Assembly (NCBI GenBank): GCA_951406725.2
Contig: OX597818.1
Location: forward strand, 13,392,001-13,456,000
Source: Octopus vulgaris
Taxonomy: Eukaryota
Reading direction: 5' to 3'
Length of the DNA: 64,000 nt
Shown here: positions 24,723 to 38,681 of the stretch, in pieces
Layout: every line of letters starts with the position of its first letter
Numbering within the stretch: the first letter of the stretch is position 1
The notes under the pieces: generated by a model
Database searches by the model: none
Seen by the model: the letters and a program-made list of their open reading frames with translations, nothing else
Told to the model about the DNA's origin: nothing
Position numbers and translations under genes: made by a program

Positions 24723-27700
24723 GCGTAAGTGTAGGTGTATATGCATACATAGACGTACGTATATAATATTTATATATATATATATATCATAGGCGTGCGG
24801 TCTAATGAAACAAGGGAAGCAATACATCCTTTAAAAATTATAGAGGCAGAATTGAAACTATATTATTTTTCATGAGATCGTTTTTCTAATATTCTGAAAA
24901 AGTTGATATAAGCTACATGACATCATAGTCTTCAGACTTTCATTGTCGGAATTAGCAGGAAATGACAGTGGCAGACGACACAAAAAAAGGAAATATATAT
25001 ATATATATATATTATGGCTTCCCCCTCGTTATCGAGCATGGCCATTGCACGAAGCTTAACTGTTACTGGTGCTGTGATCGAATGTGACTTTTAGCCCAGC
25101 CAAAGATCTACAATATATATATATATATATACATATATATACAGAATCATTATATTAAAGATTACAAACCTCATTCAGGAATAGCAAACTCCTAAGAAAG
25201 TACTGGTTAGTTACCTTTATAAAGAATATTGAACGTTATATTTGATGCTTAACTGTGGTTTATATATATTTATGTATTATAATACTACGATGAGAAAATA
25301 ATGTGGTAATTAATAAATTATTATTTATTAACTCAAAAAATTGACAAACATCACATACGGCTGTTTCAATTCAGACCTTCAGTAAATTAATTAATTAAAC
25401 TGAAAAAACATTTGAAAGTCGATCCCTTCAGAGGGAGACAAAGATATACAAAATAGGTATTCAATTCCTGCATGTTGAGCAAACGGCTGCATAACTCATA
25501 AAATGTATATATAAAGAACAGTATAAAAATGGCAGAGACCTTAGAAGGGGAGTAAGGTTGTGTATAATGGAATTGTAAAACACTATATTCATCTGGAGTG
25601 TTAAGTATAAGAAAGCCCAAGTAGATATAGTTGGCAAAAACGTCATATTGTTCTATTATATCTATTCTTATTAAATCAATATAAACTTAGTATGTATGGT
25701 TCAATTCAAGTGTCTATAGTTACTAATATTTCATTAAGGTGGAAATCATTCAGACTATCTAGTAAATATCGATATTGTTAAAAATACCAATAAGAATATT
25801 AACTTAAGGTTATGGCACATAAAAAAATGATAAATAACAATATGAATAAAGTAAAATAAATAAATCAAAATTGAGTGAAAAACATACAGAGAGAAAAATA
25901 AATAAATGAATAAAGTATTATAAATTATTACGGTTCACCCCTTAACATTTATTATCGAGTTAGACTAATCAAGATAAAGAACAAAGAACTATTGAACAAA
26001 ATTTAATTCAAATATTTCAGTTATGTAGCGTTTGCATACTGAATATGTTAAGTTGCTAAGGTACGGCAATAAATAAATAAGTACAAAATAGGAATGAAAT
26101 GGAATGAAAATATGCTAATAAAAGCGATAAGGGCTTAAATAAGGGTCAATTCAACAAATTAAATTAAAGCTTATTAATAGAAATATGTAAATAGTTAAAT
26201 ATATAAATAGTTAAATATAAAGCTCTCAAAAAAGGAAGTAGGTGTTCATTTATAGGTTAATGGCTCAAGAAAATCTACTATATATGTGGGAAATTCTCTC
26301 TGTGGGTATAATTGGGGAGCTGTTAGCTAATTCCTCCTACATTATTTTATCGATTTTGATTAAACTTGAGACGTGAGTATGACATACTCAGATTGTTGAA
26401 AAAGTTGATAATAGGGCTCCTGGATAAGATCCTCAAATACATATCTAATATATTTCATTTTAACACTAAAGGGAAATAAACCAATTCGCGCAGATTTTAA
26501 CAGCAAAGTGAATGAGCCATTCATTTTCCTAAACCATTTGGTATAAACGAAATTGAGCATGCGTATTTCTTATCATTCGAACTGTTAGAGTTATTTTCGC
26601 AATTTATCCAATACAACCCTTAAACAAGTAAATAGTATTTTTCTAAACGGTAGATACAGTTATTTCGGTTAGTGATGTATTCACGAATATACTAACACTA
26701 GCCCGCTGATAATCTCTGGGAACGCACAAAAGCCCTTTTCAGAGTTATTTGCTTTGCATTGTTATTATCTCATATCTGATTAGCCTGTTATTAAGTAATG
26801 GGATTCACGATTTTAGTATACATACTTTATTTGTATTTCCTCCTAAGTTCTATATACTCTAGGAACGCATTGAATCCCTTTTCGGTGTTGCTTTATTTGA
26901 ATTCTTACTACCGGGTAACTAATTTCATGTTATTACATAACTGACTTCCCATTTTGAGTATTCATAATTTATTGGGAATTCCTTAAAACATGAGCCTTGG
27001 TAAGACAGTTCGGCGTTCTCTGTAAATGAACAAGTACCGTTTTAAGGACTACATACTTTGTATTGTTGTAATTGGATTACCGAAACAATTATGAGAACAG
27101 AACGAAGGGATAAGTACCGCTTTCCCGCGAATTACCGGGTTTGTCAGCTAGTCTAGGAATGATCTAATTTAAAGACATACCAAAGAGAAAAGAGTTAGAA
27201 CTAAATAATTGTTACTCACAGCTTTGGTTCAGATAGGTCTATTAATTTGATTTAGAGGAGAAAAGCTTACGAAAAACTAGGAACAAACTAAATTAGGGAC
27301 ATACACAAAATACGAAACGGTGAACGCAAATATAATCGACAAGAAACTTGAAAATTATTATTCACATGAGATAGACATGCGTTTAAAGAGGGAGAGAGAG
27401 GGGGGATATATATAGATTATAAAAGTTATTGTTTTGCTTACTAGGAGATATGTAAAAGTACGCTGTAATTATATTATGAATATCGATGTTACGAAAGGGC
27501 CCAATATAAAATCAATGGGAACAGAGAGCTAAGGGGAGGTAATTAATAATAAATTGAGCAAAGCAAATAAAATAAAGTAGGCTAGATAGAACACGCGCAT
27601 ATTATATATTCTTAGCGAGGTGTGGAACGTATCATGTTAAAAGATATATTAAATAATACCTTACGTGGATTTATAGCTAAAACATTAAAACATTCTACCA

Positions 27701-28466
27701 AAACTAGGAAGAAATAATAAAATATATAATTAATAAAATGCTGGAGGAATAGAGGGGATAATTTTTAATTTAAACGTAGGTAAGTATAAGAAAATCTATA
27801 ATTATAATTTTTTGGTAGAGATATGGCGAAATATAATGTAAATGTTAAAGCCAATTAACATAAAAATAATGAAAGGTTTAGCTGTAAGAATTTAGTTATG
27901 AAGAGACAAACCCACATTATAATTAATAAATATAATAATAGAACATAAAGTGAATGCATTATGAGATAGGTGCATGATATACAGTAAACTGTATGTGAAC
28001 AATACGAAAATTTAATTTATAATAATATATATTTATTAAAATAATAAGCCAAGCAATAGGAATAAGAGATGCAAAATACATATAATTATATAATTAAATG
28101 TATATACATGGTAAGTAATAAATATAATATAATGGGGGATTCATAAATGGTTAAAGAAGTAAAGTGAGAGAGAACGGGTTTAATAAGCAATTTAACAAAT
28201 TAAAAAATTTAAACATGCATGTCGGCATAAGGAGTAAGAAAAACAATAACTTAAGTTGGGTAAAATGTACTATATCCAAGTATAAAAAAAAAAAATGGGC
28301 ATGTATATAGGAGAGACACTACTTTTTTTCTCCTGAGAGGTTAAAATACAAATACAGATAAAGATGAGTCTACATAGATGTATATAATACACACACACAC
28401 ACACGCACACACATACAAACACACGCACACACACACACACACACACAAACACACACATACACATAA

Positions 28467-28501
<35 letters not shown>

Positions 28502-28918
28502 GGTAGGTAGATAGATGGTTAGTAATAAATAAATATAAATGGGAACCTTTAAGAAGTGTATACCATAAAGTAGTAAGGGAAATTGGTGAGCAAGTTATTA
28601 TATAATTTCAACAGTCATGCTAGTAATAGGAATAAAAATAGCTATATAATATTTTATCCATAATTAGAAAATACGAATTTAGTCCTATGAATAAAAGAGG
28701 GTGGCGTTCACTCCTGAAGTTAAGAATAGGATTTTAGCAGAGACAATAAAATATTTTTCTTTTAAGCATAAAAACGGTTTTTCATAATAATTTGATGGGA
28801 AGATGACGAATCGAGTATCTCCCGTTTCAGATCGGTACTGTATATTCCTATCTTTTAACTCACAAATAAATCTACAGTCTCGTAGAATTAGATTTATGTT
28901 TATTCCTAAAATATACAG

Positions 28919-29008
<90 letters not shown>

Positions 29009-29285
29009 TACATTTAAACACATAAGAGGTATCTATCATAGGACTACCTGGATACCTCTTATGTGCTTAAATGTACACTGTATTTATATGAATAATATAT
29101 AGTCTATTGACTAACGTTTTACACACTAGGCCACCGGTAATTGGAAATTTCTAATATTTCAGATTACCCTTTGATATTATGAATATATATATATGTATAT
29201 ATGTATATATATGTATATATGTATATATATGTATATACATATATATACATATATATATATACATATATATATATATGTATATATG

Positions 29286-29383
<98 letters not shown>

Positions 29384-30280
29384 GTGTGTGCATCTGAGTC
29401 CTTATAGTATGTTAGATAAGAATCGTAGGCAGGAAGTTTCATCATTGATTTACTCAAGACGGAAATATTTTTGTGATTATGTTTCTACTAAGCGGTCTTA
29501 GATTTATTCTAAATTAATTTCACATAAAATTTGTAAACGACGGTCTTTCGATATACCACTGAAATCTGATAATGTTTGTTTTCTTTATCAGCAACATCTA
29601 TAAACATATATATAAGTGTGTGTGTGTATGAGTATGTACTTCGGCATGACCGCAGCATAGCTGAACGAATAAAAGAATAGAACTAGCTTATACATACACA
29701 TGTAAATGTATATACATATTCACATGCATACATACATATATACGTGTGTGTGTGTTTGTTTGTACGTGCGTGTGTGTGTATGCGTGTGTGTGTGTGTGTG
29801 TGAATGTATGTATATAGAAACAGAGAGAGATTTGAGCGAGATAATGGCGTGGGAAATGGATCAATATATTGATATTTCTCTATATTTTGGTGTGTGATGA
29901 GGAACACATACTAAAATGTCGTAAGTGATTATTTATTCGATATCATATTATCACTGTCCCAAGAGTTTTAAAGAGAAATAATTTCCATAATTTCTTTTTC
30001 TTCACTACAAATTGGCCTTGATCAACGTCAGCGAAATCTAAAGGTATTCTGTCCGAGAACAACGTACCAAACTGTAATTGTTTGCAAAACGCATTAACAT
30101 GGTTGAGAGAGATGCAATCTCTAGATTTTCAGATCCGATCACCGCTATCCTATCCTATGTTTAGTTCTTAAATATATAACATATTTATTCATATAGATAA
30201 TGGGGTTTCATAGAAATAACCACAATATTTAATATACTATTGTGGCAACCTTGAATTAGGTAATGCAACTTAGTATTATA

Positions 30281-31050
30281 CAGGGTCTTCGGGGGTAAAT
30301 TTGACAGTTTGCATAAAAGAAAACAGAATATCCTATCCAAAACTAAAAATAGATTTGAAAATAAAAACGTATGAACTAGATTATTTGGGTGATGATCGTT
30401 TACTGAAAGTACCCGCCCTCAGACGTCTCCGAAAGTGTGTACATGCGTTTCTGACTGTGTCTCTGAGAAGATCTTCTAAAACTTACACGCTGTTGGCCGC
30501 CAGCTCAACCTTGGTGTTACTGTCAGTGTGTTTGATGTCTTTCTCAACTGTGCCCCACACATAATATTTTCTAACGTTACAACTGGAGAAATTAAGAGGC
30601 CAGAAATTGGGGCTAGTGAATTAGAAATTATATGACAACCACTTCTGAGTTGTACCAGAGGTATGGCAAGGAGACGAATTCAGCTGCTGCACATATGGGC
30701 ATAAAGCAGCAACACTTTGAAGCCAGAATTAAACCGTAGTCTCCAGCAGTCACACACAACAGTTTGAACCTGAGTCCCTGTTCAAAGAAATATGTCATAC
30801 GGGCACAGTCAGAATACTAATTGTAATGCATCCTATTGCTCATGACTTCGTAGTTTTAGTAGCAGCATTTCATGTCACGTACTTTAGCTTTTATAGTGTT
30901 CACAGAGCATTGCGCAACAGCCAAGTATTCGGCATTTTGTTACCTGGCACCAATCGTATTGATACAGGTAATTTATTCCAGGTGGTCTCTAGTCTTCCAT
31001 GTGAGCGAACATTTTAAAACTATAACTGAAAACTTTATGCTCTCCCAGGT
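30281..31050 (-). mobile_element. Tc1/mariner (maT-like) element, internally deleted
   Basis: TA followed by a cagggtcttc terminus. The minus strand gives PYVQQLNSSPCHTSGTTQKWL...NFWPLNFSSCNVRKYYVWGTVEK, a degenerate QQDSAPAH...WPPSSPDLNPLDYYVW. Confidence 0.75.
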
Positions 31051-31374
31051 CGTTGATTGTTCAGCAAAAAACAAGATATTCTTGAAAAAGGAAGATGAAA
31101 AGTAATGATCACATTTACCACAAAACACACTGATAGTATATTAGCATTATTGCAGCTTTCTTTTTCACATTACATCCATCGTGCATCAACAATTTATATT
31201 TGAAATTGCAGAAAATACCAAATCCCCAACAAGCTTTTCACATATTTCGAGCATTATGAAACAAAGGCATTTAAAGTAGGAGGTGGGCTATTGAGGAAGT
31301 TAAAAAAAGAGAGAATAATGAAAAAAATAATCGTTCAGTACTTGGATGGGAACATGTATATATATATATATATA

Positions 31375-31836
31375 TAATTGTTAAGTTTTATGTCTCTAGT
31401 TTGATAATAGAGTTTATTATAAGTAAAATTATTATATTATTTATTTCTTAAAAATATTGTTTAAATATTTCTGATTATTTTTTAAATATTTCAATTAAAC
31501 TGAAGATTGACTGTAACCATAACTCGAATTATTAATTGAATTTAAATTATTGTCATTCGAATTGGTACAGCCATGAAACGATCGTAGTGTTTTACTCTTT
31601 ATCTTTTATTAAACTTTTAATACTTTTGATATATATTTAAAATAATATAAATTAAATTAACTTTATGTATTGGCTTATGTTTTTCACTGTTTGATTTGCC
31701 TAATAGTGGTTTTATCTCTAATATAATATAATATAATATAATATAATATAATATATTTATACTATAAAATTGGATTTAAACCTAAATCTAATTTTTCCCT
31801 GTAAGTTTGGATTTATTTCCTAATATTTTATTATTA

Positions 31837-31850
<14 letters not shown>
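31375..31850 (+). mobile_element. AT-rich PLE-type pseudo-LTR with HHR at 31495-31592
   Basis: Lies between (TA)n tracts. 31375-31710 is the reverse complement of about 63181-63490. It contains CTGAAGA...GAAAcgatcgTA. Confidence 0.8.
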
Positions 31851-31872
<22 letters not shown>

Positions 31873-31985
31873 GTGTGTATATACATATGAATGGCTCCAA
31901 GTAAAGTAGAATCAGTTTTTAGGTCATTCAATTTTTCTCACATAATCAGTAGACCAATTGAAAGAACGTATCAGTAACGTATATA

Positions 31986-33259
31986 CGAGGGGCGTTCAAT
32001 AAGTAATGCCCCTGACCCACTTCCCTTAGAAGTAGAGCAACGAAACTTGGCACAGTTATTAGTCTTTTTCTACATAGGAACCACCCAGAGTTACGCATTT
32101 CTCCCGTTGTTTGATGCAGCTCTGGAGACCGTTTTTGTAGAAGACCCCAGCTTAGTCCTCCAACCTGAACGTGACTTCAGAAATCAAGGCTGCATCATCT
32201 GAGAAACGCTTTCCTTTCAAAAACAACTTCATGACTGGGAAGAGGTGAAAATCAGAGGGTGCAAGGTCAAGAAAGTAGGGGGATGGGGGAGGCGTTCATA
32301 GCCATACGCCTGTGCTTCTGATCTGGCGACAAGCGAATTGTGGACCGGAGCGTTGTCCTGCAGGAGGAGGATGCCTTTGCTGATCTTGCCCCGCCTCTTG
32401 ATTTTGATAACTTCTCTTAATTTCCTCAAGAGTGAAGCATAATAGGCTCCTGCAATTGTGGTACCCTTTGCCAGGAAATCTGTCATCACTACTCCGTCCT
32501 GGTCCCAGAAGACTGTGAGCATGACCTTGCCAGCCTTGCCTTCTTTGGAGGGAGTGAGTCACGGTGCCTCCACTGCATTGACTGGGCTTTGGTCGCTGGA
32601 TCATCGTGATGGACCCAGGTTTCATCCTGTGTAATCAGTCTTTTGAAAAATTTTGACTCATCTTCTTGGCACATCTCCAAATTCACCGTGAGCACTCGAC
32701 GCGTTCTTGCTTCTGGAAAGGCGTGAGCAGCCTGGGAATCCATCTGGCAGACACCTTTTGCATATACAAATGGTCATGAATGATAGTGTCCACAGACCCG
32801 GTACTAATCTTGACCTCATGGGCTATTTGTTGAATAATTATGCGTCGATCTTCCAAAATGGCAGCCTCAACTTGACGGACATATGCCTCATCAATGGCAG
32901 AAGGGGCGACCAGATCTGGGAGCTGTTTCCACAGAGTTCCGACCATGTTTGACTTCACGATGCCAGCGTTTTACAAGGTCATATAATGGGGCATCATCAC
33001 CATAAGTTACTTTCATTTCATCAAAAGTCTCCCGTGGTGTGCGTCCTTTCAAATACAAAAACCGGATCAATGCTCGACACTCAACAGGCTCCATTTCACA
33101 CTTGACTCGGTTCAAACACCTGTAAATCAGAAACCACAATTAATTCAGAGCTGTAATTTGCCACTTACTCTATAGAGATATAAATAATTGCACATGCAAT
33201 TTCAGCTAGATCAAACAATTGCAAGTGGGTCAAAACCATTACTTATTGAACGTCCCTCG
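31986..33259 (-). mobile_element. Full-length mariner transposon (~1.27 kb) with frameshifted transposase (~32059-33094)
   Basis: TIRs cgagg(g/a)cgttcaataagtaatg with TA on both sides. Motifs MEPVECRALIRFL, SARWIPRLLT, ITQDETWVHH, LLQDNAPVH and PHPP. Confidence 0.95.
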
Positions 33260-33740
33260 TATATTGACTCTTGTGAATGTAGGCAAAAGTAAAAAGTTTC
33301 CTACATTAAAAATATCTTTTTTTCTGGGAGATTGTATAGTAGTAGAAAAGACTTTAGCGTCTATTTCTAATTCAGTACGTGGCGAGGCACATACCGGACC
33401 CCTTGTTATAATTATGTATATAATTACAGAATATTCTGTAAAATTTACCTAAAGGGTTTATATTTACGTAATGACTACTTGGTAAAATAATTACTGATTT
33501 TACCCTATATTATTTATATAAATATATATTTCTCTGCGTGCATTTATGCACACGTCTCTATGTGTATGCGTGCATATATGATGCGTGGCCTGAAGAGTAA
33601 CTATGGCTAATATCAGCGGCGACCGTTAAGCACTACCGATCAAATACAGCTGACGCAATAATCATCAGGCACAATTCACTACAGTACCTTTCATCTAGAG
33701 GAAAAACATCTAGAGAAACCCTAATATCAAATGATACATG

Positions 33741-33774
<34 letters not shown>

Positions 33775-33885
33775 CATATATATAACAGCTAGAACATTTT
33801 GTGGGTTGTTATGTAGAAATATGTATGTGTATGTATGTGTACTTATGCGTGTGTATATGTATATATATATATGTATACATATATG

Positions 33886-33941
<56 letters not shown>

Positions 33942-33983
33942 TTGCAAGATTTTTTATGTGAAGTCGTGTTTTGAAACAGATAT

Positions 33984-34222
33984 TGTTATATTTCGGAATG
34001 TTTATTTTGCCACTTTTACTAAAGTAAAGAGAGACACAAATAAGAAAGTAGAAAACAAAGGACCACAGATGCGGTCACAGGAGTGTAACAAAAAAACTCT
34101 GGCCGAAATAAGATTAAGATTAATGTAAAAAATAAATAACACTGAAGCAAAGTAACACCAACTATATAGTGCGTTTTTTTTATTGGCTAAAGTGGCAAAA
34201 TTGACCATTCCGAAATATAACA
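33984..34222. mobile_element. Ginger-like MITE
   Basis: TGT...ACA termini and ~35-40-bp TIRs (tgttatatttcggaatg...ttttgccacttt). ATAT lies on both sides as a 4-bp TSD. Confidence 0.7.
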
Positions 34223-34293
34223 ATATATATATATATAAAATGGCGGTGCCCCAGCATGGCCACAACACATGGGCTGTAAATAATTAAAATGAA

Positions 34294-34329
<36 letters not shown>

Positions 34330-34660
34330 CATTATTTGCACCGATACCAGCAATTCGGTGGTACGTATTTTACCAACCCCGAAAACATGAAAATCAAACT
34401 TGGTCTCGACGTTATCTGAACTCAGATAGTAACAACCCAGATAAATGAATTCACAAGTACTCCCTCATTATACATATATGAAATACAAGAAATAAGTACT
34501 GCAATATATAATAGATGCATCATACAATACTGGGCAACTGAAAAGCTTGCGTGTAGTACTTACCTTATATTCTTAGAGCATATTCACAAATGTTATATGG
34601 TGTAGTATTAATCATGAATAGTTGGCATAATATTTATTTTTATGAACTTACGCTTATTTC

Positions 34661-35160
34661 ATACTAGCTTAAGAATCTTTTAAGCTAGTATATAGCAACT
34701 GGCCCCAAATGGGAAAATCTGCAAACATATCTCTGACTTGTTTTGAAGAATTGGTTGCAATCGCTATTCCAATTATGAACATATTCATCGCAAAAAAATC
34801 ATGTAAAAAAATCGACGTAAACAATCGCAGTAATGAAAACATAGGAATCCCAAATTTCAGGATTGCAGGCCCGGATTCGGCCCAGAATGCATTTAATTTA
34901 GTCACGGAGTTGGCCTTTAGATTATAAACGTTATTATCGTACAAAAAAAAATTATTGCAAAATCTCACGTAAAATAGTCGCGGTAAACAATCACAGTAAT
35001 GAAAACTTGGGAATCGAAAATTGTTCAGTCTAATCTTTGTTAGGGTTTATGATGTTTGGAAAAACACAGTACATGATAAAAAAAAATTGTAGAGCAAAAA
35101 TTCATATAAACTTATGAATACAACTCACGTATATTATTAATATAACAATTCAGTATAGAT
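34661..35160. mobile_element. Possible non-autonomous Helitron/Helentron-like repeat
   Basis: 12-bp hairpin containing CTAG at 34661-34691, an internal ~165-bp duplication (aaacaatc.cagtaatgaaaac), and a tatagat end. Confidence 0.3.
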
Positions 35161-35559
35161 ACCGTACTTTATTGTAAAGAATCGTTTACTTACGGAAACA
35201 AAGGTCTACATTCTTGGCCTGTGAACAATACGTTCTTGGATTTACGTATTTGTGTTTAACTTTAAAACCAAGTGATAATTAACATTTTACATTCGCCCCT
35301 GCAGCCATCAGTTAGCATTACTATATTTATGGAACTTCAAATTGAAAATCTAGATGTGCTTTTTGATTTCATTTATATACAAATCTTTGAAAACATTATC
35401 TTTGACTTACGATTTCCAGTATTTGAATCGGGATCGATAAAGGAATTTCCTTCCGTTACTAAATGAATCCGAAAAATATACTTTTCTACTACACATTACG
35501 AAAGGGTAATTTAATCCACCCTTGTATTTCTAGCATTTTCTCTTTTGCGACGAAAAGTT

Positions 35560-35830
35560 ACTGGGAAAAACATATAAGGATTTGCATTGGGACCTCCTTT
35601 CATCGAAAACCGGTGATTGTCGTACGCCGACGACAGGTCAATACCTAGAAACTGCAGTCCGTGCGTATCACTTAGGTTGACGAGGGAAGGATGACCTCCG
35701 TTTGCAAATACCATAAGGGCACAGAAAGTGTGCCTAAAGCCAGCTGGAGACGATGTTCTCCTGGGGCTACAAGCTACAGTAACACCCACCCTTAGTGGTT
35801 AGCCATATTGAGATGGCAAGTATACCTCAC
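35560..35830 (+). mobile_element. HHR-bearing non-coding repeat (family of 19828-20100)
   Basis: Reverse complement of 19828-20100, diverged. Confidence 0.8.
35621..35665 (+). ncRNA. Hammerhead-like motif with variant core CCGACGA
   Basis: cgtacg-CCGACGA-c agg(tcaata)cct a-GAAA-ctgcag-TC-cgtgcg. Covaries with the copy at 19990-20034 (minus). Confidence 0.65.
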
Positions 35831-36818
35831 ATTTTATTTTATGGTTTTCTCGTAAGGATTCTCGCTACTAAAGAAATCGTCTCGGACTGTTCTGGCCTCC
35901 CATACAGAATGCTGCTTCTTCAGATTCGGACTTGCATCAGTCATGTGGTACAGGACTAGAAGAATATACCTGCTCAATTTTGTTAGTAGTTATGTGGAAC
36001 AGACATCCTGAGTAACTTTCATTTCGTAAATGTATACATCCACACAAATCCCCGTATCGACAATTGTGAAGCTTCGATATTACTGCTAATTTCAAATGAC
36101 TTAGTTCCGGATATGCAAACAAATTTCCATATTTGAAACATGAACAGATTTAGAAATTACTATTACAAGCCATAGCGTTATTTACAAACTCCACAAAGCA
36201 TTGCAAATTTTTCGGGTAATTATGCAGATTATCCAACAATCACTTAGGTAAATTATAGTTTAAGAGCAGTGTAGCCTTTTGTTAAATATCGATTATCTCT
36301 TACAATATAAATTCAACTTCGAGGTAAAATCTCCGCTGAAATAGTTTCGCTATGAAGAGCGGGCTCAGTTAAGCAAACTTGCCCATCCTAAAATTGCAAC
36401 TGAAAATTAAATATTGTCAACGAATGCCATGATGTTTTACGTGACATTATTCTATCATTCATATCCCTTACATTGCTATATTACTTGAAATAGAATGATT
36501 GCATAATATTTGAATAATTATTATCCTACTAGTTACAGTAACGTTGTCTGAAAGCGGTCAGTGGAAATATAGGAATAAATCATTTTATATATGTGACAGT
36601 ATTCATAAAATTTGTGCAGTTTGCTGTCACTGGGCTACATTTTTAGAGACGATAATACTAACAGAATATTTAAAATGTAAAACAGGAGTATAAAATATCA
36701 CTCCGTACAGCTGTACGTAGTAATTAACACCATCCATTATTCATAAAATGCTAAAACTTGCCACTGTTTTGCCAATATATTTCAGAAACTGAGAATCAAG
36801 TAATTTTACCTAATATAT

Positions 36819-37902
36819 TGTTATGAGTTTGGCTAAGTGCAGTTTCTTGGTGACCCATTTTGGGTGTGGTGCCGGCACGTCTGGAAGAACGTTTACTGGG
36901 AGACTGATGGCTTTTGGGTGGACCTTTCTGGTCTTGTGCGGTCGATTAGAGGTCGTTCTAAACACCCCTTGAAGAAGAGAAAGGAAAGTGGTGAGAAAGA
37001 TAGAGTAGGGAATCTAAGAGCAGATAGAGAGGTTATTCGCAGTAAGAGAGGATGAGGGGCAGAGAGAAGAAAAGTAGTGAGAGAGATAGAGTATAAGGCT
37101 AAGGGACAGATTGAGGCGATAGAGATAGGCAGTAGGAGAGCAGGGCAGTTAGAGAGGAAGTGAGGTCTTGGCAGTCGGTGGTCGGTCCTCGAAGAACACA
37201 GTCGGATTCTGGGAGCCAGAGCGAGTAGGTAGAATCTTGGGAGCAAGCGGTGGAATCTTAGGAGCAAGCAAGTTGGGATGCGGGAGTTTGGCAAGCTGGA
37301 TTTAGCAGTATTGAGAGAGAGATGAGTGCAGAATGGGACACTGGCGATTCAGTTAGGAATTAAGGTATGTGATTGTGTATTGATACGTGTCACGATGTAA
37401 AGAGACAGTGAGAAGAAATGAACAGTGAAAAGAACAGTAAATGACTTGTTGAATTGTAACGTGAATTGTTGTGATACGAACATTGTATAATGTATCGAAG
37501 TGTTCTGATTGGACTGTGACGTATCGTGAACATTATTTGATCTGGACTTGTTGTGTCGTTACTGAACACTGTTATATTGTTACATGCATGTTTAAATGCT
37601 TTGATCTGTGGTATACCCGTATCATGTATTGATTTGTTGTTTCCCTTAAATGCTTTGATGTATCTTGATGTTGTAACAATTGATTGTCATATAAACTGTT
37701 GTTGAATGTAAGCCAGTGTTGCCGTTTTGCCTTGCCTCTTTTGGTGTCTCTCTCGGTTGTGTCTCTGTGTCTCTGTTGCCTTGCTGCGGTTGTGTCTCTC
37801 TCTCTCCTCTCTCCGACGAGTTTCCGTGGCGAGAATATTCGCTGTTCGAGTCGGGCCTGTCTGAGGGATTCCGTACAATTTTCGGAGGTCCCCCTCGTAA
37901 CA
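36819..37902. mobile_element. Solo LTR (Gypsy-like), 1084 bp
   Basis: Starts TGTTATGAG and ends CTCGTAACA (terminal inverted repeat). ATAT 4-bp TSD on both sides. Higher GC than the flanks and no real ORF. Confidence 0.8.
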
Positions 37903-38516
37903 ATATTATTCCTTCATGAAAATGCATTTCAGTTTTACGTTTCACTTTGTATCTCAGTTAATTTAATTTCGATTATATATATTTAGGATTTATGCTCTAA
38001 TAATGCATTTGTAAATATATTTCAGGTTAGTTTTATAAAAGTAATTCATTTCATCGTTTCCTCTTCATTTATGGTAACCCTAAAACATTGTGTGTTATAT
38101 CTATTTTTTTCTTTTCAATATTGGGATTATACATCAATTAGCATCATAAAGTTCAGTTCCCATCATTATCACATAACGATATATTTCTAACATTAACTAA
38201 CTCAATAGAAACCAATATTCTTCCAGAGATTGCTCTTCATCTCCAAATCATTCAACTAGACCCTATATTTATCCACACACTTCTGAATTTGTATAGATAG
38301 GTTTGAATACTTCAATGCATTGAATAAAGTCATACTAGTGGCGTGAAGCAGCAGAGTATGAAAAATACGTTTTATATGAAACCTAATAGGAATATAATTG
38401 TACTATTACATATATACATATGTATGTATGTGCGTGTATGCGCACACACACAGATATATTTATATATATGCATGTGTGCGAATGGTTGTGTCAGTTCGTA
38501 ATGGCAGATATATGCG

Positions 38517-38517
<1 letters not shown>

Positions 38518-38604
<87 letters not shown>

Positions 38605-38608
38605 CCTA

Positions 38609-38680
<72 letters not shown>
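38518..38680. repeat. (TATC)n-(TC)n-(TA)n compound microsatellite
   Basis: Seen directly. Confidence 0.95.

Positions 38681-38681
<1 letters not shown>

Larger units (their letters stand above)
35200..36500 (-). pseudogene. Decayed Srw/peptide-receptor-like GPCR, interrupted by the repeat at 35560-35830
   Basis: In order on the minus strand: MAFVDNI*FSVAILG (TM1-like), ITLWLVIVIS (TM3-like), EIPLSI (TM6-like), FSI*SSINIV (TM7-like). Confidence 0.35.
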
